This document shows, in pieces, positions 12,355 through 22,276 of a stretch of 64,000 bases of DNA. The notes under the pieces are model-generated. The model did not search any database and was not told the origin of the DNA. It saw nothing but the letters and a program-made list of their open reading frames with translations. This DNA comes from a phage, in the sequence record PX915678.1; one strand, 5' to 3'. The stretch's first letter is position 1. Each line of letters opens with the position of its first letter. The position numbers and the translations under genes are program-made.

Positions 12355-13291
12355 ATTTAAATTGTTCAGTAACGTCTTCAACTACTTCGTATTGGCAGGT
12401 ACGCATTTTAGCATCGTTGTAATCAATCGGAATTGATACTACATCACGCGGATGCACTTTAACTTTTACAACTCGACTGGTTGAACTGCCAAAGTGACGA
12501 ATATAAGATTTAGAACACACATGCAGACCACGAGAACAAGTTTGTGTATCATCGTCATTCACACGAGTACGTGGCATTTTAACTACTTTACCAGGACTGT
12601 TATCAAAAGTATTTGAATGACAATCAAAGTAATTACTGCGAACTACTTTCCAAGCATAGAAGTAACCATCTTCTGTGATTTCAATATCGTTTGCTACCAA
12701 GAAATCAAAGAGTCGAGATACCGCTTTTTGGCTCGGGTTTTCCAACAGATTTTCCAAGAACGGAAAATAAAATTCAAAGTTTTCGCCTTTTTCCATCGAA
12801 TCGAGAATACGATCAACTAAACCAGATCGCAATTCAATATTTTGATAGAACAAGCTTCCACCTTCAATTCGAACATCACCGGAAATATATTTTTCAACAG
12901 CGCGACGAACATTAATTTTTTGTGCCGCTTCTTCCAATTTATCTGCAACAAGCAGATTAAGAATTTCCTGGAAGTTTGAATGAGTATTAGGAGTTGCGTT
13001 ATAAGTTACACCGTCAACAGTAATTGAAATGAATTTTTTAGATGCATTCCAAATAATGTCAGATTTAGCAACTGGAGCAATAACTGCATCGCTATTAACT
13101 TTAACTGTAATATCACCGCTAATGGTAACTTTAGAGCGCTCAGCTTCTTCAGCATTTTTCAAAACACGACGGATTGTGTCAACCGATACACCTTGCCAAT
13201 CAGCCAATTCCTGCTGAGTATAATTACCACTTAAATACAGTTTGATAATTTCAGCTTGTTCGTTTTTGGTCAGGCATTTAATATTGTACAT
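12353..13291 (-). CDS. rIIB: Rapid-lysis / lysis-inhibition protein rIIB
   Basis: 312 aa as in T4 rIIB; adjacent to rIIA. Confidence 0.9.
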   Translation of the reverse strand: MYNIKCLTKNEQAEIIKLYLSGNYTQQELADWQGVSVDTIRRVLKNAEEAERSKVTISGDITVKVNSDAVIAPVAKSDIIWNASKKFISITVDGVTYNATPNTHSNFQEILNLLVADKLEEAAQKINVRRAVEKYISGDVRIEGGSLFYQNIELRSGLVDRILDSMEKGENFEFYFPFLENLLENPSQKAVSRLFDFLVANDIEITEDGYFYAWKVVRSNYFDCHSNTFDNSPGKVVKMPRTRVNDDDTQTCSRGLHVCSKSYIRHFGSSTSRVVKVKVHPRDVVSIPIDYNDAKMRTCQYEVVEDVTEQFK

Positions 13292-13302
13292 AATTTTCCT
13301 TA

Positions 13303-15480
13303 TTAGGCCGCAAGGGCCTTCATAGTTTTAGCGATTTGGGAAACTTCATCATCACTTAAAGAGTTGCGATAACCGATGAAGTCGGAAACAATACGGAATT
13401 TCTTGGTAAACTCAGCAACCATTTTATCACTATTTTTTGAAGCATTATTTGACAATACATCAAAAAGATTAGTTACTGTCCAGATGTCATGACCGATGGT
13501 ACCTTTTCCACCGTTGAAATATATACCCTGCAATGAACTAACCATATTACCAAGGCGAGTATATTCTTCAGAAACTTCATCTACACTGAAGTACTTCATC
13601 ATAAAATCGAGTTCAGGATACTTAATAATTTTATCAATATATCGTTTAGCTGAACTTGAATAACCTACATACTTATCATAATCTACAGCATCAAAAGCAT
13701 CTACATATAAATCACGCAGAGTTTCAAAAATACATTGGCACTGACCAAGTTCTTTTACCTTTTTCTGCAAAAGTGGACGAATAACATAAAATTCATTAAT
13801 GCCAATAAGATTAGCCATACGAGTCAAAATACTCATAGATGGATGACAAAGCGATGTAGTACCATCCATAGAGAAAATATCAGAACGATGCATGTATGCT
13901 ACGTAACCAGTAATTTCATCTGCTTCTGATGTGAGCGTAAACAGTTCCTCTTTTTCCCAGCGCCCGTCTTTAATTTCAAACTTAAATGCAGTAGCAGCTT
14001 TAGGGCGAGGAGCTTTACTTTTAACTGCCTTCGGAATATAACTTTTAACTAAAGCTTCAATTTCTGACAAATAATGAATGTTAACTTCATCACTTTCAAA
14101 CATTGCCATAATATCAGGAAGTAAATCAATCTGCGATTCTACTTCTGGATTAATAAACAGAAGACGCTCATTATGATGAATATTCAAAGTGTTATTAAAT
14201 TCACTATCATCTAACGCATGCGCTAATCCACGGACAATATTAACACGATTTTTAATATTATCAATAACGATATTAATTTTTGTCGTATTAATACCAAACA
14301 GACGATAACTTGATGCAACGGCTGAAGTTTCATGACTTTGCTTAATGCGTTTCAGTCGAGGGTCAAGATTTACTTCATACACAACTCCTGCATTGCATAG
14401 TTTACTATCAGGTTCAAACATGCTTTGCATCTTCTTATATGACAGATTTTTAGTCGTAAATTTGACTGAATTACTAATCATATAATCTCGAGCAGAATAT
14501 CCCATCTTCATCAATTCACGGTATGTATGACGAGGAGATGTAGATTCTTTAAATCGTTTTACATCTTCATTGAATGCCTTCTCACTAAGCTCTTTAACAC
14601 GCTCAATAATATTTTTACGAGTACGATCATCTAGTGAAAGGGCTTCGCGTGATGGAGCAATATCAAGTGAACCCATTGGAAACTTAATGTAATTCACTTC
14701 ATTGCGGATGCTTAACCAGTTACGGTCTCTAATAACACCATCGATAGGATAAACAATACCACCGTAGATAGCATACAATCCACCGCGATCTGGCCAGTAT
14801 CTTTCTGGATTTACACCGTAATAGTCATCAAAATCCGGAAAATAATCAATTTCGCGGTCAAGACCATTAATAATAGCCAAATCTTTGAATGGTCGCATGA
14901 TATAAGAAACTTCATAAGCAAAGTTTCTAAAGTCTTTTTCTTCAACTGGAACTACGATTTCAATACCAGTTTTATCATCTGGACCCATTTCTTTTACAAA
15001 CGTAGGTTTAATTTGTGGACCATCGCCATCCATGTAAGCTACATAACCACGAATTTCGCCTTTATGATATGAAGTAATACTAAATGTATCAGTATAACTA
15101 AACGGAGATTTAGAACCTAAACCAAACCCACCAATGAAATCATTAGATTCAGCCTTAGATGAACTAAAGTATGAATTATACAACCCGGGAGAATTATCAT
15201 CACCTTGAATATCAAAATCGCTCATACCTGGACCAAAATCTCGACAAACAAATCGCGGATCTAATCGTCCTGGAACTTGAATGATAAATTTTTCAGGATT
15301 TCCATTGAGAGCATGGGCATCAATCATGTTGGTAATCAATTCACGGACTACTGCGCGAATCTTGTTTGTATACAAATCAGATGATAGAATTTTAAATACT
15401 TTAGGAGATGCTGTGATGCTAAATGCTTTTGATTTAGAACCATTACCAAGAATTGTTTCTTTTTCAGTGGTGATAATCAT
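13303..15480 (-). CDS. rIIA: Rapid-lysis protein rIIA
   Basis: 725 aa as in T4 rIIA; N-terminal GHKL-type ATPase-like motifs ([10 protein letters not shown]). Confidence 0.9.
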   Translation of the reverse strand: MIITTEKETILGNGSKSKAFSITASPKVFKILSSDLYTNKIRAVVRELITNMIDAHALNGNPEKFIIQVPGRLDPRFVCRDFGPGMSDFDIQGDDNSPGLYNSYFSSSKAESNDFIGGFGLGSKSPFSYTDTFSITSYHKGEIRGYVAYMDGDGPQIKPTFVKEMGPDDKTGIEIVVPVEEKDFRNFAYEVSYIMRPFKDLAIINGLDREIDYFPDFDDYYGVNPERYWPDRGGLYAIYGGIVYPIDGVIRDRNWLSIRNEVNYIKFPMGSLDIAPSREALSLDDRTRKNIIERVKELSEKAFNEDVKRFKESTSPRHTYRELMKMGYSARDYMISNSVKFTTKNLSYKKMQSMFEPDSKLCNAGVVYEVNLDPRLKRIKQSHETSAVASSYRLFGINTTKINIVIDNIKNRVNIVRGLAHALDDSEFNNTLNIHHNERLLFINPEVESQIDLLPDIMAMFESDEVNIHYLSEIEALVKSYIPKAVKSKAPRPKAATAFKFEIKDGRWEKEELFTLTSEADEITGYVAYMHRSDIFSMDGTTSLCHPSMSILTRMANLIGINEFYVIRPLLQKKVKELGQCQCIFETLRDLYVDAFDAVDYDKYVGYSSSAKRYIDKIIKYPELDFMMKYFSVDEVSEEYTRLGNMVSSLQGIYFNGGKGTIGHDIWTVTNLFDVLSNNASKNSDKMVAEFTKKFRIVSDFIGYRNSLSDDEVSQIAKTMKALAA
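13305..13319 (-). other. Short GC hairpin (GGCC-GCAAG-GGCC) between rIIB start and rIIA stop
   Basis: Inverted repeat 13305..13319 overlapping rIIA stop codon. Confidence 0.3.
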
Positions 15481-15490
15481 AATTTCCTCA

Positions 15491-15694
15491 TTAATTCATA
15501 TTGCGTTTAATAACTTCAGCAACTTCTAGTAGTTCATCTTTAGTTGCGGTGTCGGATTGAATTTTATCTCTAATATCCTTAAAGCGGTTTTTAAACTCTT
15601 CAGCTTCTCCCATATCGAAAAAGCGTTGAATGATTCTATATTCTCGATGAACTGCTTTATCAAAAAGTTCTAAATTTACTTTATATGATTTCAT
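15491..15694 (-). CDS. Hypothetical protein rIIA.1-like (67 aa)
   Basis: Track ORF immediately upstream of rIIA. Confidence 0.55.
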   Translation of the reverse strand: MKSYKVNLELFDKAVHREYRIIQRFFDMGEAEEFKNRFKDIRDKIQSDTATKDELLEVAEVIKRNMN

Positions 15695-15719
15695 TTCAAT
15701 ATCCTCATTTGCCCAATTA

Positions 15720-15749
15720 ATTATACCACATCCTTGTGGTAAAGTAAAC
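15720..15749 (-). promoter_or_regulatory. Early promoter upstream of the rIIA.1-rIIA-rIIB unit
   Basis: GTTTAC (15744..15749), 18 nt, TATAAT (15720..15725); spacer holds inverted repeat ACCACA-TCCT-TGTGGT. Confidence 0.55.
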
Positions 15750-17566
15750 TATTGGCTCATCCATTCTTTACGAAGGTCAGCATTATCTCCCATGAGCATT
15801 TCAAAAAGCTCTTTCCAGTTCTCAGGAAGTTTAACAACATCATATACTGGGTTTTGAATCATCTCACGATATTCAGATTTTTCCAAAGAGCCAAGTCCCT
15901 TAATATAACGGATGCTATGTTTAGGTAGAGCATCTTTGGCACTCTCATATTCAGCGACTGTATAAAACCATTCTTGTTTTTTACCGACCTGAGCGATGAT
16001 TACGGGAGTTTTGACGAAGCGAATTCTTCCTTGTTCAAACAGTTCTGGCCAATTACTAAAAAATCCGAGCAGAGAAGGATAAATGCTTCCTAGACCATCA
16101 TGGTCAGCATCAGTCATAATAGCAATATTATGATAATTCAAGTTTTCAGCTTTTTCGCCAAGAACTAATCCAGTGATTGCGCAAATATCAAACAGTTCTT
16201 TGTTTTTAAGCATATCAGCATATGACATACCCCAACTGTTGAGAACTTTACCACGCAATGGATAACCACCGTGAAGTTCTTTATCACGAACATCAATAAG
16301 ATATCCGATAGCAGAATCACCCTCAGTCAAGAAAAGAGTCGTGTCAGCATCTTTACCACAAAGATTCGCTTTAATGTGTTTATGAACCTTAGCTTTAGAG
16401 GCCTTTTTAGCTGCTTTAGTTTCTGCTGCTTTTTCTGCCGCCAATTTACGAGCCAAGGCAGCTTCAATAATTGGCATTAAAATTGCTTCATTGTTTAAAA
16501 TAGCGCGTGAAATCTTTTTAGCATCAAGTTGAATATGACTACGGATTTCACCAAATGGAGAAGTCAAACGCTCTTTAGTTTGAGAATCAAATCGCATGTT
16601 TTTCATATCACGAACAAACATAACGATAGTCAAACATTCTTTGACACGAGCTTTAGTTACATCAATTTTGAACTTACGTTTGATTTGTGGAATAAGGTCT
16701 TCACAAATATCATCCATAACGCAGTCAATATGATGGCCACCATTCTTAGTATGAATGTTATTGACGTATGTTAATTGACGAAAACCATCCGGTGAACGAC
16801 CAACCGCAATAGAACAATTTTCTTGTTCTTGAACAATAGCATGCTCATCATATTGGCGTGCATATTTCTTAAAATTACCCTGAACCTTTTTACCATTAAA
16901 GGTAAATTGAATATCAGGATAAACTACTGCAAGTGTCTGGAGACGATCCAGTGTAATGTCAAGATAAACTTGAGATAGCTCATTAGTTTCAAATGACATA
17001 AAATCAGGAATGAAAGTAACACGAGTTCCTTTCCATTTTCCAGGAATAGTTTCCCATGATTTATTTTCCATGCCATTTGAACAACGAACTACAATATTAT
17101 TTTGACCGTCGCCAGTTTCACCGACAAACATCACAGAAAAAATGTTAGTTAAACTAGAACCAACACCGTTCATACCGCCAGTGACACGTTCTTTATCATC
17201 ACCGAAGTTACCACCTGCTTTTGGAATAGTCCAGGCGGCAACAGGACCGGGAATTTCTTCACCAGTAGGTGTTTTAACCATCGCTTGTGGAATACCACGA
17301 CCGTTATCTTCAACTGTTACTTGATTGTTTTTGATAGTAACATTAATTTTATTCGCGAATTTAAACTTAGTACGAATACCTTCATCTACTGAGTTATCGA
17401 TAATTTCATCAATAAGCTTAACAAGACCAGGTACATACTGAACACTTTCCCATTTACCAAACAGAAAGCGCTCATGCATTTCATTAGCGGAAGAGCCAAT
17501 GTACATGCCGCTACGCTTTTTGATATGTTCAATATCGCTCAGAATTTTAATTTCATTCTTAATCAT
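15749..17566 (-). CDS. 39: DNA topoisomerase II large subunit gp39 (GyrB-like ATPase), uninterrupted form equivalent to T4 gp39 plus gp60
   Basis: 605 aa from ATG at 17564..17566 (track start is GTG); GHKL ATPase motifs (MYIGSS..., IDNSVDEG); one continuous ORF. Confidence 0.9.
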   Translation of the reverse strand: MIKNEIKILSDIEHIKKRSGMYIGSSANEMHERFLFGKWESVQYVPGLVKLIDEIIDNSVDEGIRTKFKFANKINVTIKNNQVTVEDNGRGIPQAMVKTPTGEEIPGPVAAWTIPKAGGNFGDDKERVTGGMNGVGSSLTNIFSVMFVGETGDGQNNIVVRCSNGMENKSWETIPGKWKGTRVTFIPDFMSFETNELSQVYLDITLDRLQTLAVVYPDIQFTFNGKKVQGNFKKYARQYDEHAIVQEQENCSIAVGRSPDGFRQLTYVNNIHTKNGGHHIDCVMDDICEDLIPQIKRKFKIDVTKARVKECLTIVMFVRDMKNMRFDSQTKERLTSPFGEIRSHIQLDAKKISRAILNNEAILMPIIEAALARKLAAEKAAETKAAKKASKAKVHKHIKANLCGKDADTTLFLTEGDSAIGYLIDVRDKELHGGYPLRGKVLNSWGMSYADMLKNKELFDICAITGLVLGEKAENLNYHNIAIMTDADHDGLGSIYPSLLGFFSNWPELFEQGRIRFVKTPVIIAQVGKKQEWFYTVAEYESAKDALPKHSIRYIKGLGSLEKSEYREMIQNPVYDVVKLPENWKELFEMLMGDNADLRKEWMSQ

Positions 17567-17618
17567 CACTTATCCTCGTTTGGTTTCGGGAATATTATAC
17601 TCCGGTAATCATAAAGCT

Positions 17619-17636
17619 AAAGGCCCGAAGGCCTTT
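17619..17636 (-). other. UUCG-tetraloop hairpin just upstream of the gene 39 leader, next to a TATAAT box
   Basis: AAAGGCC-CGAA-GGCCTTT; forward tattatactcc (minus GGAGTATAATA) at 17594..17604. Confidence 0.4.
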
Positions 17637-17896
17637 TATTTAAAACGGATAGTCGAATCCTTGAAGAATAGTCCAGAACATACTGTTCCTTCTACTTTCT
17701 GCCCAGTAGGTCCAATAGCACGAAATCCAGTATGCTGGAAATCATTTTCAGAGCAACCAAACCAATTGTATCCAGTGATTTCAATATCAGTAAACCCACT
17801 TGAAGACAAAACTTTAGTTGCATTATCAGCATCAGTACATCCTACTAAAGATACTGCTAATACTAATGCCGCGATAGAACGATTAACATATTTCAT
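17636..17896 (-). CDS. Putative lipoprotein
   Basis: ATG at 17894..17896; signal peptide MKYVNRSIAALVLAVSLVGC with lipobox LVGC. Confidence 0.55.
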   Translation of the reverse strand: MKYVNRSIAALVLAVSLVGCTDADNATKVLSSSGFTDIEITGYNWFGCSENDFQHTGFRAIGPTGQKVEGTVCSGLFFKDSTIRFK

Positions 17897-17900
17897 AATT

Positions 17901-18272
17901 TCACTCAAATTTAATGGCTTGAAGAAGACTAATGATTCTCAAGCGACTTCTTTCATCTTTAACTGTAAAGGAAAGAGGGTCACCAGATTTCATAGTAATA
18001 GTGCATTCAAAATCAAAATCTTCTGTAACTTCTTCGAAGAAGTCAAATTCTTCATCATAAATTAGAACATTACTCTGAAAACTGTGAAGAATTTTTCCAT
18101 CATTTCCAGATGCTGTACTAATCATTGTAACATTATGGCCTTTCATATCTTCAACGATAAATTCGCTTGTAGATATTACGGCATTAATAGAACCATTCCT
18201 ATAAATAGAAGAAAGCAGATATTTCTTTTCTTCACCTTCACGAACACGATATTTCTTACCGATTTTAAACAT
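17901..18272 (-). CDS. Hypothetical protein (123 aa)
   Basis: ATG at 18270..18272 (track start 18278 is GTG); acidic. Confidence 0.55.
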   Translation of the reverse strand: MFKIGKKYRVREGEEKKYLLSSIYRNGSINAVISTSEFIVEDMKGHNVTMISTASGNDGKILHSFQSNVLIYDEEFDFFEEVTEDFDFECTITMKSGDPLSFTVKDERSRLRIISLLQAIKFE

Positions 18273-18274
18273 AA

Positions 18275-18451
18275 TCACCCTTTAAGTAAGTCATAAAATC
18301 CGCCATTCACATGCTTAGGAGCAGAAGGCCGACGAGTAGACAGACGATGGCATTTAGGGCAAACATCATTTTCTCGTTCAGAAATCTTTTTAATTTTTTC
18401 GTATTCATGCCCGCAATCTTCGGATTGGCATTTATAATCATACATTGGCAT
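18275..18451 (-). CDS. Zinc-ribbon protein (58 aa), FmdB-like pattern
   Basis: MPMYDYKCQSEDCGHEYEK...CPKCH matches the FmdB-family signature; AAGGA SD; not in ORF track. Confidence 0.45.
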   Translation of the reverse strand: MPMYDYKCQSEDCGHEYEKIKKISERENDVCPKCHRLSTRRPSAPKHVNGGFYDLLKG

Positions 18452-18453
18452 AA

Positions 18454-18867
18454 TTATTCCTTAAAATGTGCTTTCAACATCTGATACAAGGACCATGCCT
18501 GTTCATTATTTTCAATAGTAACTTTCATGACAGGAAATTCTGTGAAATCTTCTATTTGTTCTTGCTCTTCCTGCTCTTGTTCTTCAGCAGCCTGATATGG
18601 ATTTTCCACTTCATCAAAGAACTCTGCATCGCCCGCTAAAAGACAAATATAATTTTCATCGCAAGTATCTCTATATAAAAATAATGTTTCGTTAGATGTC
18701 ATAATTTTAGTTGGAGTTTGAAGAGAATCAACATCCAAGATTTTAAAAGGTTGCATACCTAAACGTTTTGCATAAATTTTATTCTCAGCATGGTCTTCAA
18801 TAAAAGCTTCTTGAGCTTGTTTATTTTTAAATTGATACCATTTATTAACTTCAAATTTAATAGCCAT
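18454..18867 (-). CDS. Hypothetical acidic protein (137 aa; possible T4 goF-region equivalent)
   Basis: Track ORF with [10 protein letters not shown] acidic tract; position between gene 39 side and motB-like ORFs. Confidence 0.55.
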   Translation of the reverse strand: MAIKFEVNKWYQFKNKQAQEAFIEDHAENKIYAKRLGMQPFKILDVDSLQTPTKIMTSNETLFLYRDTCDENYICLLAGDAEFFDEVENPYQAAEEQEQEEQEQIEDFTEFPVMKVTIENNEQAWSLYQMLKAHFKE

Positions 18868-19082
18868 TAATAAATTTCCTTCCAGTAAGTTGTACCGTCT
18901 TCAGTGATTTCACGGAATACACCGTAAATTGGTTGTTTATCACCGACTTTCTCATACACATAAACCGAAGTCAAGTGAGTAAACTTAGCAGTGTGTTCCT
19001 TTTGAACTACTACCAAATCTGGATCGAATAATACATCTTCAAATTCGTCATTAGTGCAGTTCTGAACAATTTTGTGTTTCAT
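18867..19082 (-). CDS. Hypothetical protein (71 aa; possible cef-like by size and position)
   Basis: ATG at 19080..19082 with GGAG SD (track start is TTG). Confidence 0.5.
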   Translation of the reverse strand: MKHKIVQNCTNDEFEDVLFDPDLVVVQKEHTAKFTHLTSVYVYEKVGDKQPIYGVFREITEDGTTYWKEIY

Positions 19083-19179
19083 TACATTCTCCAAGCTGTT
19101 TTCTGTATCAGTAGTTGATATTGATATAGTACCATAATCAACTACTGATGTATATAGTTTTATGAAAAAATTTTAAACT

Positions 19180-19677
19180 TTATGCATAGCGAGCTTTGCT
19201 ATAGTGTTTAATCCAACTTTCAGGAATGACTTTGTATGTTCCTAAAAATACCGCGTTGTACAACTTAACGCCATCTTCTACCCACTGATCGGTAATGTAT
19301 GCACACATAGCGCGAGTACGGTGTTTTTGAACAACCCCTTCCTCATCTTCAGTAAATTCGAATTCATAAGGAGCAACGAACTTAATAGCTTGACCGAGTT
19401 TCCACTTAAAGTCTACACCTACATGCGAAGTATCAATCGTCTCAATTCCTTTAGCAGGAACAGCTTTCAAAAACGCAGACTCAAGAAATTTCGCACGAAC
19501 ATAGCCAAACTGAGGTTTAGACTTTCCATCTTTAGGAATGATACGCACTTTTACTTCAGAATCTTCATCTTTAACACCATGTTTAAGCTGAATGCTTACA
19601 ATTTCAACCAATTTTCCTGCTGCTTTAGAGCGGGATTTATCAGATACACGAGCAATTTCACCAATATTAATAATCAT
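19180..19677 (-). CDS. Hypothetical protein (165 aa); paralogue of ORF 19754..20293; possible MotB-region equivalent
   Basis: Shared C-terminal motif C.Y/W.TDQW.EDGV.L.N with neighbour. Confidence 0.6.
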   Translation of the reverse strand: MIINIGEIARVSDKSRSKAAGKLVEIVSIQLKHGVKDEDSEVKVRIIPKDGKSKPQFGYVRAKFLESAFLKAVPAKGIETIDTSHVGVDFKWKLGQAIKFVAPYEFEFTEDEEGVVQKHRTRAMCAYITDQWVEDGVKLYNAVFLGTYKVIPESWIKHYSKARYA

Positions 19678-19721
19678 AGTTATCTCTCACTTGTTAAAAA
19701 GATTTTATACTCCACGGGACC

Positions 19722-19751
19722 ATTATACTCTGGTCCCAAGAGTTTGTAAAC
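19722..19751 (-). promoter_or_regulatory. Early promoter whose -10 lies in the loop of a 7-bp hairpin
   Basis: GTTTAC (19746..19751), 18 nt, TATAAT (19722..19727); inverted repeat GGGACCA...TGGTCCC at 19716..19737. Confidence 0.5.
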
Positions 19752-19753
19752 TA

Positions 19754-20293
19754 TTAATTCAAAATAGCTACCACTGCACTACGAGGTACTACGCTAAAAT
19801 CACCTGCATGAACAACGTTCAGAAGTTCAACACCATCTTCAATCCACTGGTCTGTTACCCAACCACAGACCGAAATAAATGGGGTCTTGATAGCTACTGC
19901 ACGAGTCAAAAGGTCAGTAGGATCGCATTCTTGGAAGAGGATAAGCTCTGCTTCAAAGACTATAGTTTTAATTACTTCATCATTATCTAAGCGATGTGCT
20001 CGAATCACGTAAGCTTTATTCTTATCATGCCAATTACTTTTTGAAAAGCTTTTAACCACAAACTCGCCTTCACCAAAAGCATTGACTAATGCTTTATAAC
20101 CCAAACTTAGTTCAGTAGTTTTAATTTCAGTTTCAACCAGTTTGTAGGTTTTGCCGATTTCAATAGCGGTAGTCATAGTAGGTTCCTTAATTTCCAGTGG
20201 TTTAACAGGGCATACATAAGTGCTTACAACATCAAAATCAATCAGTTTAGCTACTGGATTTGGTGTATATTCAGGATTATAATTAAATTTCAT
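19754..20293 (-). CDS. Hypothetical protein (179 aa); paralogue of ORF 19180..19677
   Basis: Track ORF; motif C.W.TDQWIEDGVELLN. Confidence 0.6.
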   Translation of the reverse strand: MKFNYNPEYTPNPVAKLIDFDVVSTYVCPVKPLEIKEPTMTTAIEIGKTYKLVETEIKTTELSLGYKALVNAFGEGEFVVKSFSKSNWHDKNKAYVIRAHRLDNDEVIKTIVFEAELILFQECDPTDLLTRAVAIKTPFISVCGWVTDQWIEDGVELLNVVHAGDFSVVPRSAVVAILN

Positions 20294-20295
20294 AA

Positions 20296-20796
20296 TTATC
20301 TCATTTCAATAAAATCTACGAGTTCAGCATGCGATTTGCGGAACATTACTTGGTGCCCACCAATGATAACTTCATCTTCAGGAACTTCGTATACAGCGAG
20401 ATAAAATCCTTTAGAAGATAATTCTTCCCGCTCTTCTCGCGTGAACCATCTCATCATATCATATTCACTAGCGAAAGCAAAATGATAAAGACCTATAAAC
20501 CATCCTGGAATATGATATTCTACTCCAACATAATCTTTCTTGAACTTAGTATTAATTACTATATTAGCGTTTTTAACTAATAGTTTATCTTCGTGTGGTA
20601 AAGGAATTCTTTTATTATTATCGCTATGATGCATAAAATTAGGTCTGCCATAACCTACGTGTAATAACCACTCTTCGCTCCATGAATCTATTATACTCCT
20701 GTATGGCGTTATTTGAACACAAAGATTTCGACGTATTGTTATAGCATCTTCACAATTAAGAATACTAAAAGATGATTCAACACGATAAATTTTCAT
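20296..20796 (-). CDS. Hypothetical protein (166 aa)
   Basis: ATG at 20794..20796 with GAGGA SD, downstream of promoter 20824..20853 (track start 20835 lies almost inside the promoter). Confidence 0.55.
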   Translation of the reverse strand: MKIYRVESSFSILNCEDAITIRRNLCVQITPYRSIIDSWSEEWLLHVGYGRPNFMHHSDNNKRIPLPHEDKLLVKNANIVINTKFKKDYVGVEYHIPGWFIGLYHFAFASEYDMMRWFTREEREELSSKGFYLAVYEVPEDEVIIGGHQVMFRKSHAELVDFIEMR

Positions 20797-20823
20797 TTTA
20801 TTATCCTCAGTAGTTATGGTGTT

Positions 20824-20853
20824 ATAATACCACAACTAACCGAGGAAGTAAAC
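20824..20853 (-). promoter_or_regulatory. Early promoter
   Basis: GTTTAC (20848..20853), 18 nt, TATTAT (20824..20829). Confidence 0.5.
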
Positions 20854-20859
20854 AACTTT

Positions 20860-21543
20860 TTATCGTTTTGTTGGAAGAGACAGAGGATCGCACTCTTCCT
20901 CTGACGGAGCATCTTCAAGACCCATAGCATATCGCAAAGCATACTTCATCATCAGGATGTCTTTCGCACAGTCATGAATAGAATCATGCGCAACGAATCC
21001 ATCTAAAGTTCCCTTTGGAAGAGGACATGTGGTCATATCACGAACAAGCAGAAGTGCTTCAATTCTGGTACGAATATCACGCTGATTCCAGAATTTACAT
21101 GGTTCTAACTTAAATGTGTCAAGTTCATTCTCGGAAACGCCGTTAAGACGTTGAATATCGCGAATGAGATCAACTAAAATAGGAAAATCAAACGACATTC
21201 CACGGCACCAGCCTTGAGATTTCCAAGGATCGATGTTATGTGCATTGATGTAATCATTAAATTTTGCAATACCATCGATAGTGCTTACATCTTCATCTGA
21301 TGGTGCAATATTTTTTCGAGCTTCAGGAGACTGATTTTTCCACCATTCGATAGTGCTTTTAGTAAAAAGACGATGTCCTTTTTGGCTTTTTAAATCAAAC
21401 TTGATTTTAATGCCGCGTGAAACTAATTCATCAAATGTTTCAACTACTTCTGGATTAGGGTCAAAGGCAATAACAGCCAAATCAATAACAGCTGCCTTTT
21501 CACCGCTTCCCATTGTTTCAAAATCTATAATAAAATCAAACAT
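20860..21543 (-). CDS. dexA: Exonuclease A DexA (DEDDh 3'-5' exonuclease)
   Basis: 227 aa as in T4 DexA; DEDD-type motifs (FDFETMG, HDSIHDC). Confidence 0.85.
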   Translation of the reverse strand: MFDFIIDFETMGSGEKAAVIDLAVIAFDPNPEVVETFDELVSRGIKIKFDLKSQKGHRLFTKSTIEWWKNQSPEARKNIAPSDEDVSTIDGIAKFNDYINAHNIDPWKSQGWCRGMSFDFPILVDLIRDIQRLNGVSENELDTFKLEPCKFWNQRDIRTRIEALLLVRDMTTCPLPKGTLDGFVAHDSIHDCAKDILMMKYALRYAMGLEDAPSEEECDPLSLPTKR

Positions 21544-21818
21544 TAAATTTTCCTCGCTAAATCGCGAATTTGACCTACAGTATAATCTTGGATATAAACT
21601 TTATTAATGGGCTCATCAATAAATTTTGCTATAGATTCAATATCTTTTTGTATCTCTTCAAGACTGTATACTATCTTTAAAGCTTTTTCGCGAATAGTAA
21701 CATTATCAGGTCCTGGATTTTCTTGAATGACAGCTTTAACGTTTGCCATAAGAGATTTAAATTGGTACCAACTTAATTCAATCATTAATAACCGCCTTAT
21801 AAAGATGGCTAATTTCAC
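21543..21818 (-). CDS. Hypothetical small protein, member of a tandem triplet
   Basis: 91-aa track ORF; shares K[IL]..LEEI..D[IL]...K.V.I.DY..G.I with ORF 21778..22038. Confidence 0.5.
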   Translation of the reverse strand: MKLAIFIRRLLMIELSWYQFKSLMANVKAVIQENPGPDNVTIREKALKIVYSLEEIQKDIESIAKFIDEPINKVYIQDYTVGQIRDLARKI

Positions 21819-22038
21819 CTAAAACATAATCACTGATTGTAACAGTTTTCACTTCGCCGCAAAAGAATTCTAACGCAATCAAATCTCGTTCAATTTCTTC
21901 TAATTGAAGCATTAACTTGCCTGATTCAATTTTCACATTTGTACGATTTTTACTATAAGCTATTTCATAAGTTTCGCTCACTTTATCTTGAAGCAGATAA
22001 AACTGGTCTTTAGTTATTTCCACGAATAGCTTCCTCAA
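21778..22038 (-). CDS. Hypothetical small protein, member of a tandem triplet
   Basis: 86-aa track ORF; see shared motif. Confidence 0.5.
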   Translation of the reverse strand: MRKLFVEITKDQFYLLQDKVSETYEIAYSKNRTNVKIESGKLMLQLEEIERDLIALEFFCGEVKTVTISDYVLGEISHLYKAVIND

Positions 22039-22270
22039 ATTTAATCAGCAACTTACAGACACTTTCATCTAATGTAATTACAGTATCTGTATTACTGTGA
22101 TATGATTGTTTTTCAATTCGTTTAATTGCTAGTATAGTATCACTTATAAGATTAAGCTTATAAAGGAGCTCAGCTCCTGTTACCATAACACTGAGGTTAT
22201 CTTGCTTATCAGTGTGCTTCTTTATACCATCTATTAGACGATTTAAATATTTTGAATTGATGTTAATCAT
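22010..22270 (-). CDS. Hypothetical small protein, divergent member of a tandem triplet
   Basis: 86-aa track ORF; weaker similarity (TVITLDESV). Confidence 0.5.
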   Translation of the reverse strand: MININSKYLNRLIDGIKKHTDKQDNLSVMVTGAELLYKLNLISDTILAIKRIEKQSYHSNTDTVITLDESVCKLLIKFEEAIRGNN

Positions 22271-22276
22271 ATATCC

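Noticed and set aside
19120-19170. Another early promoter copy upstream of the 71-aa ORF
   Set aside because: The conserved leader and a TACTAT -10 are present but the -35 position reads ATATAC rather than GTTTAC; probably a decayed cassette copy.
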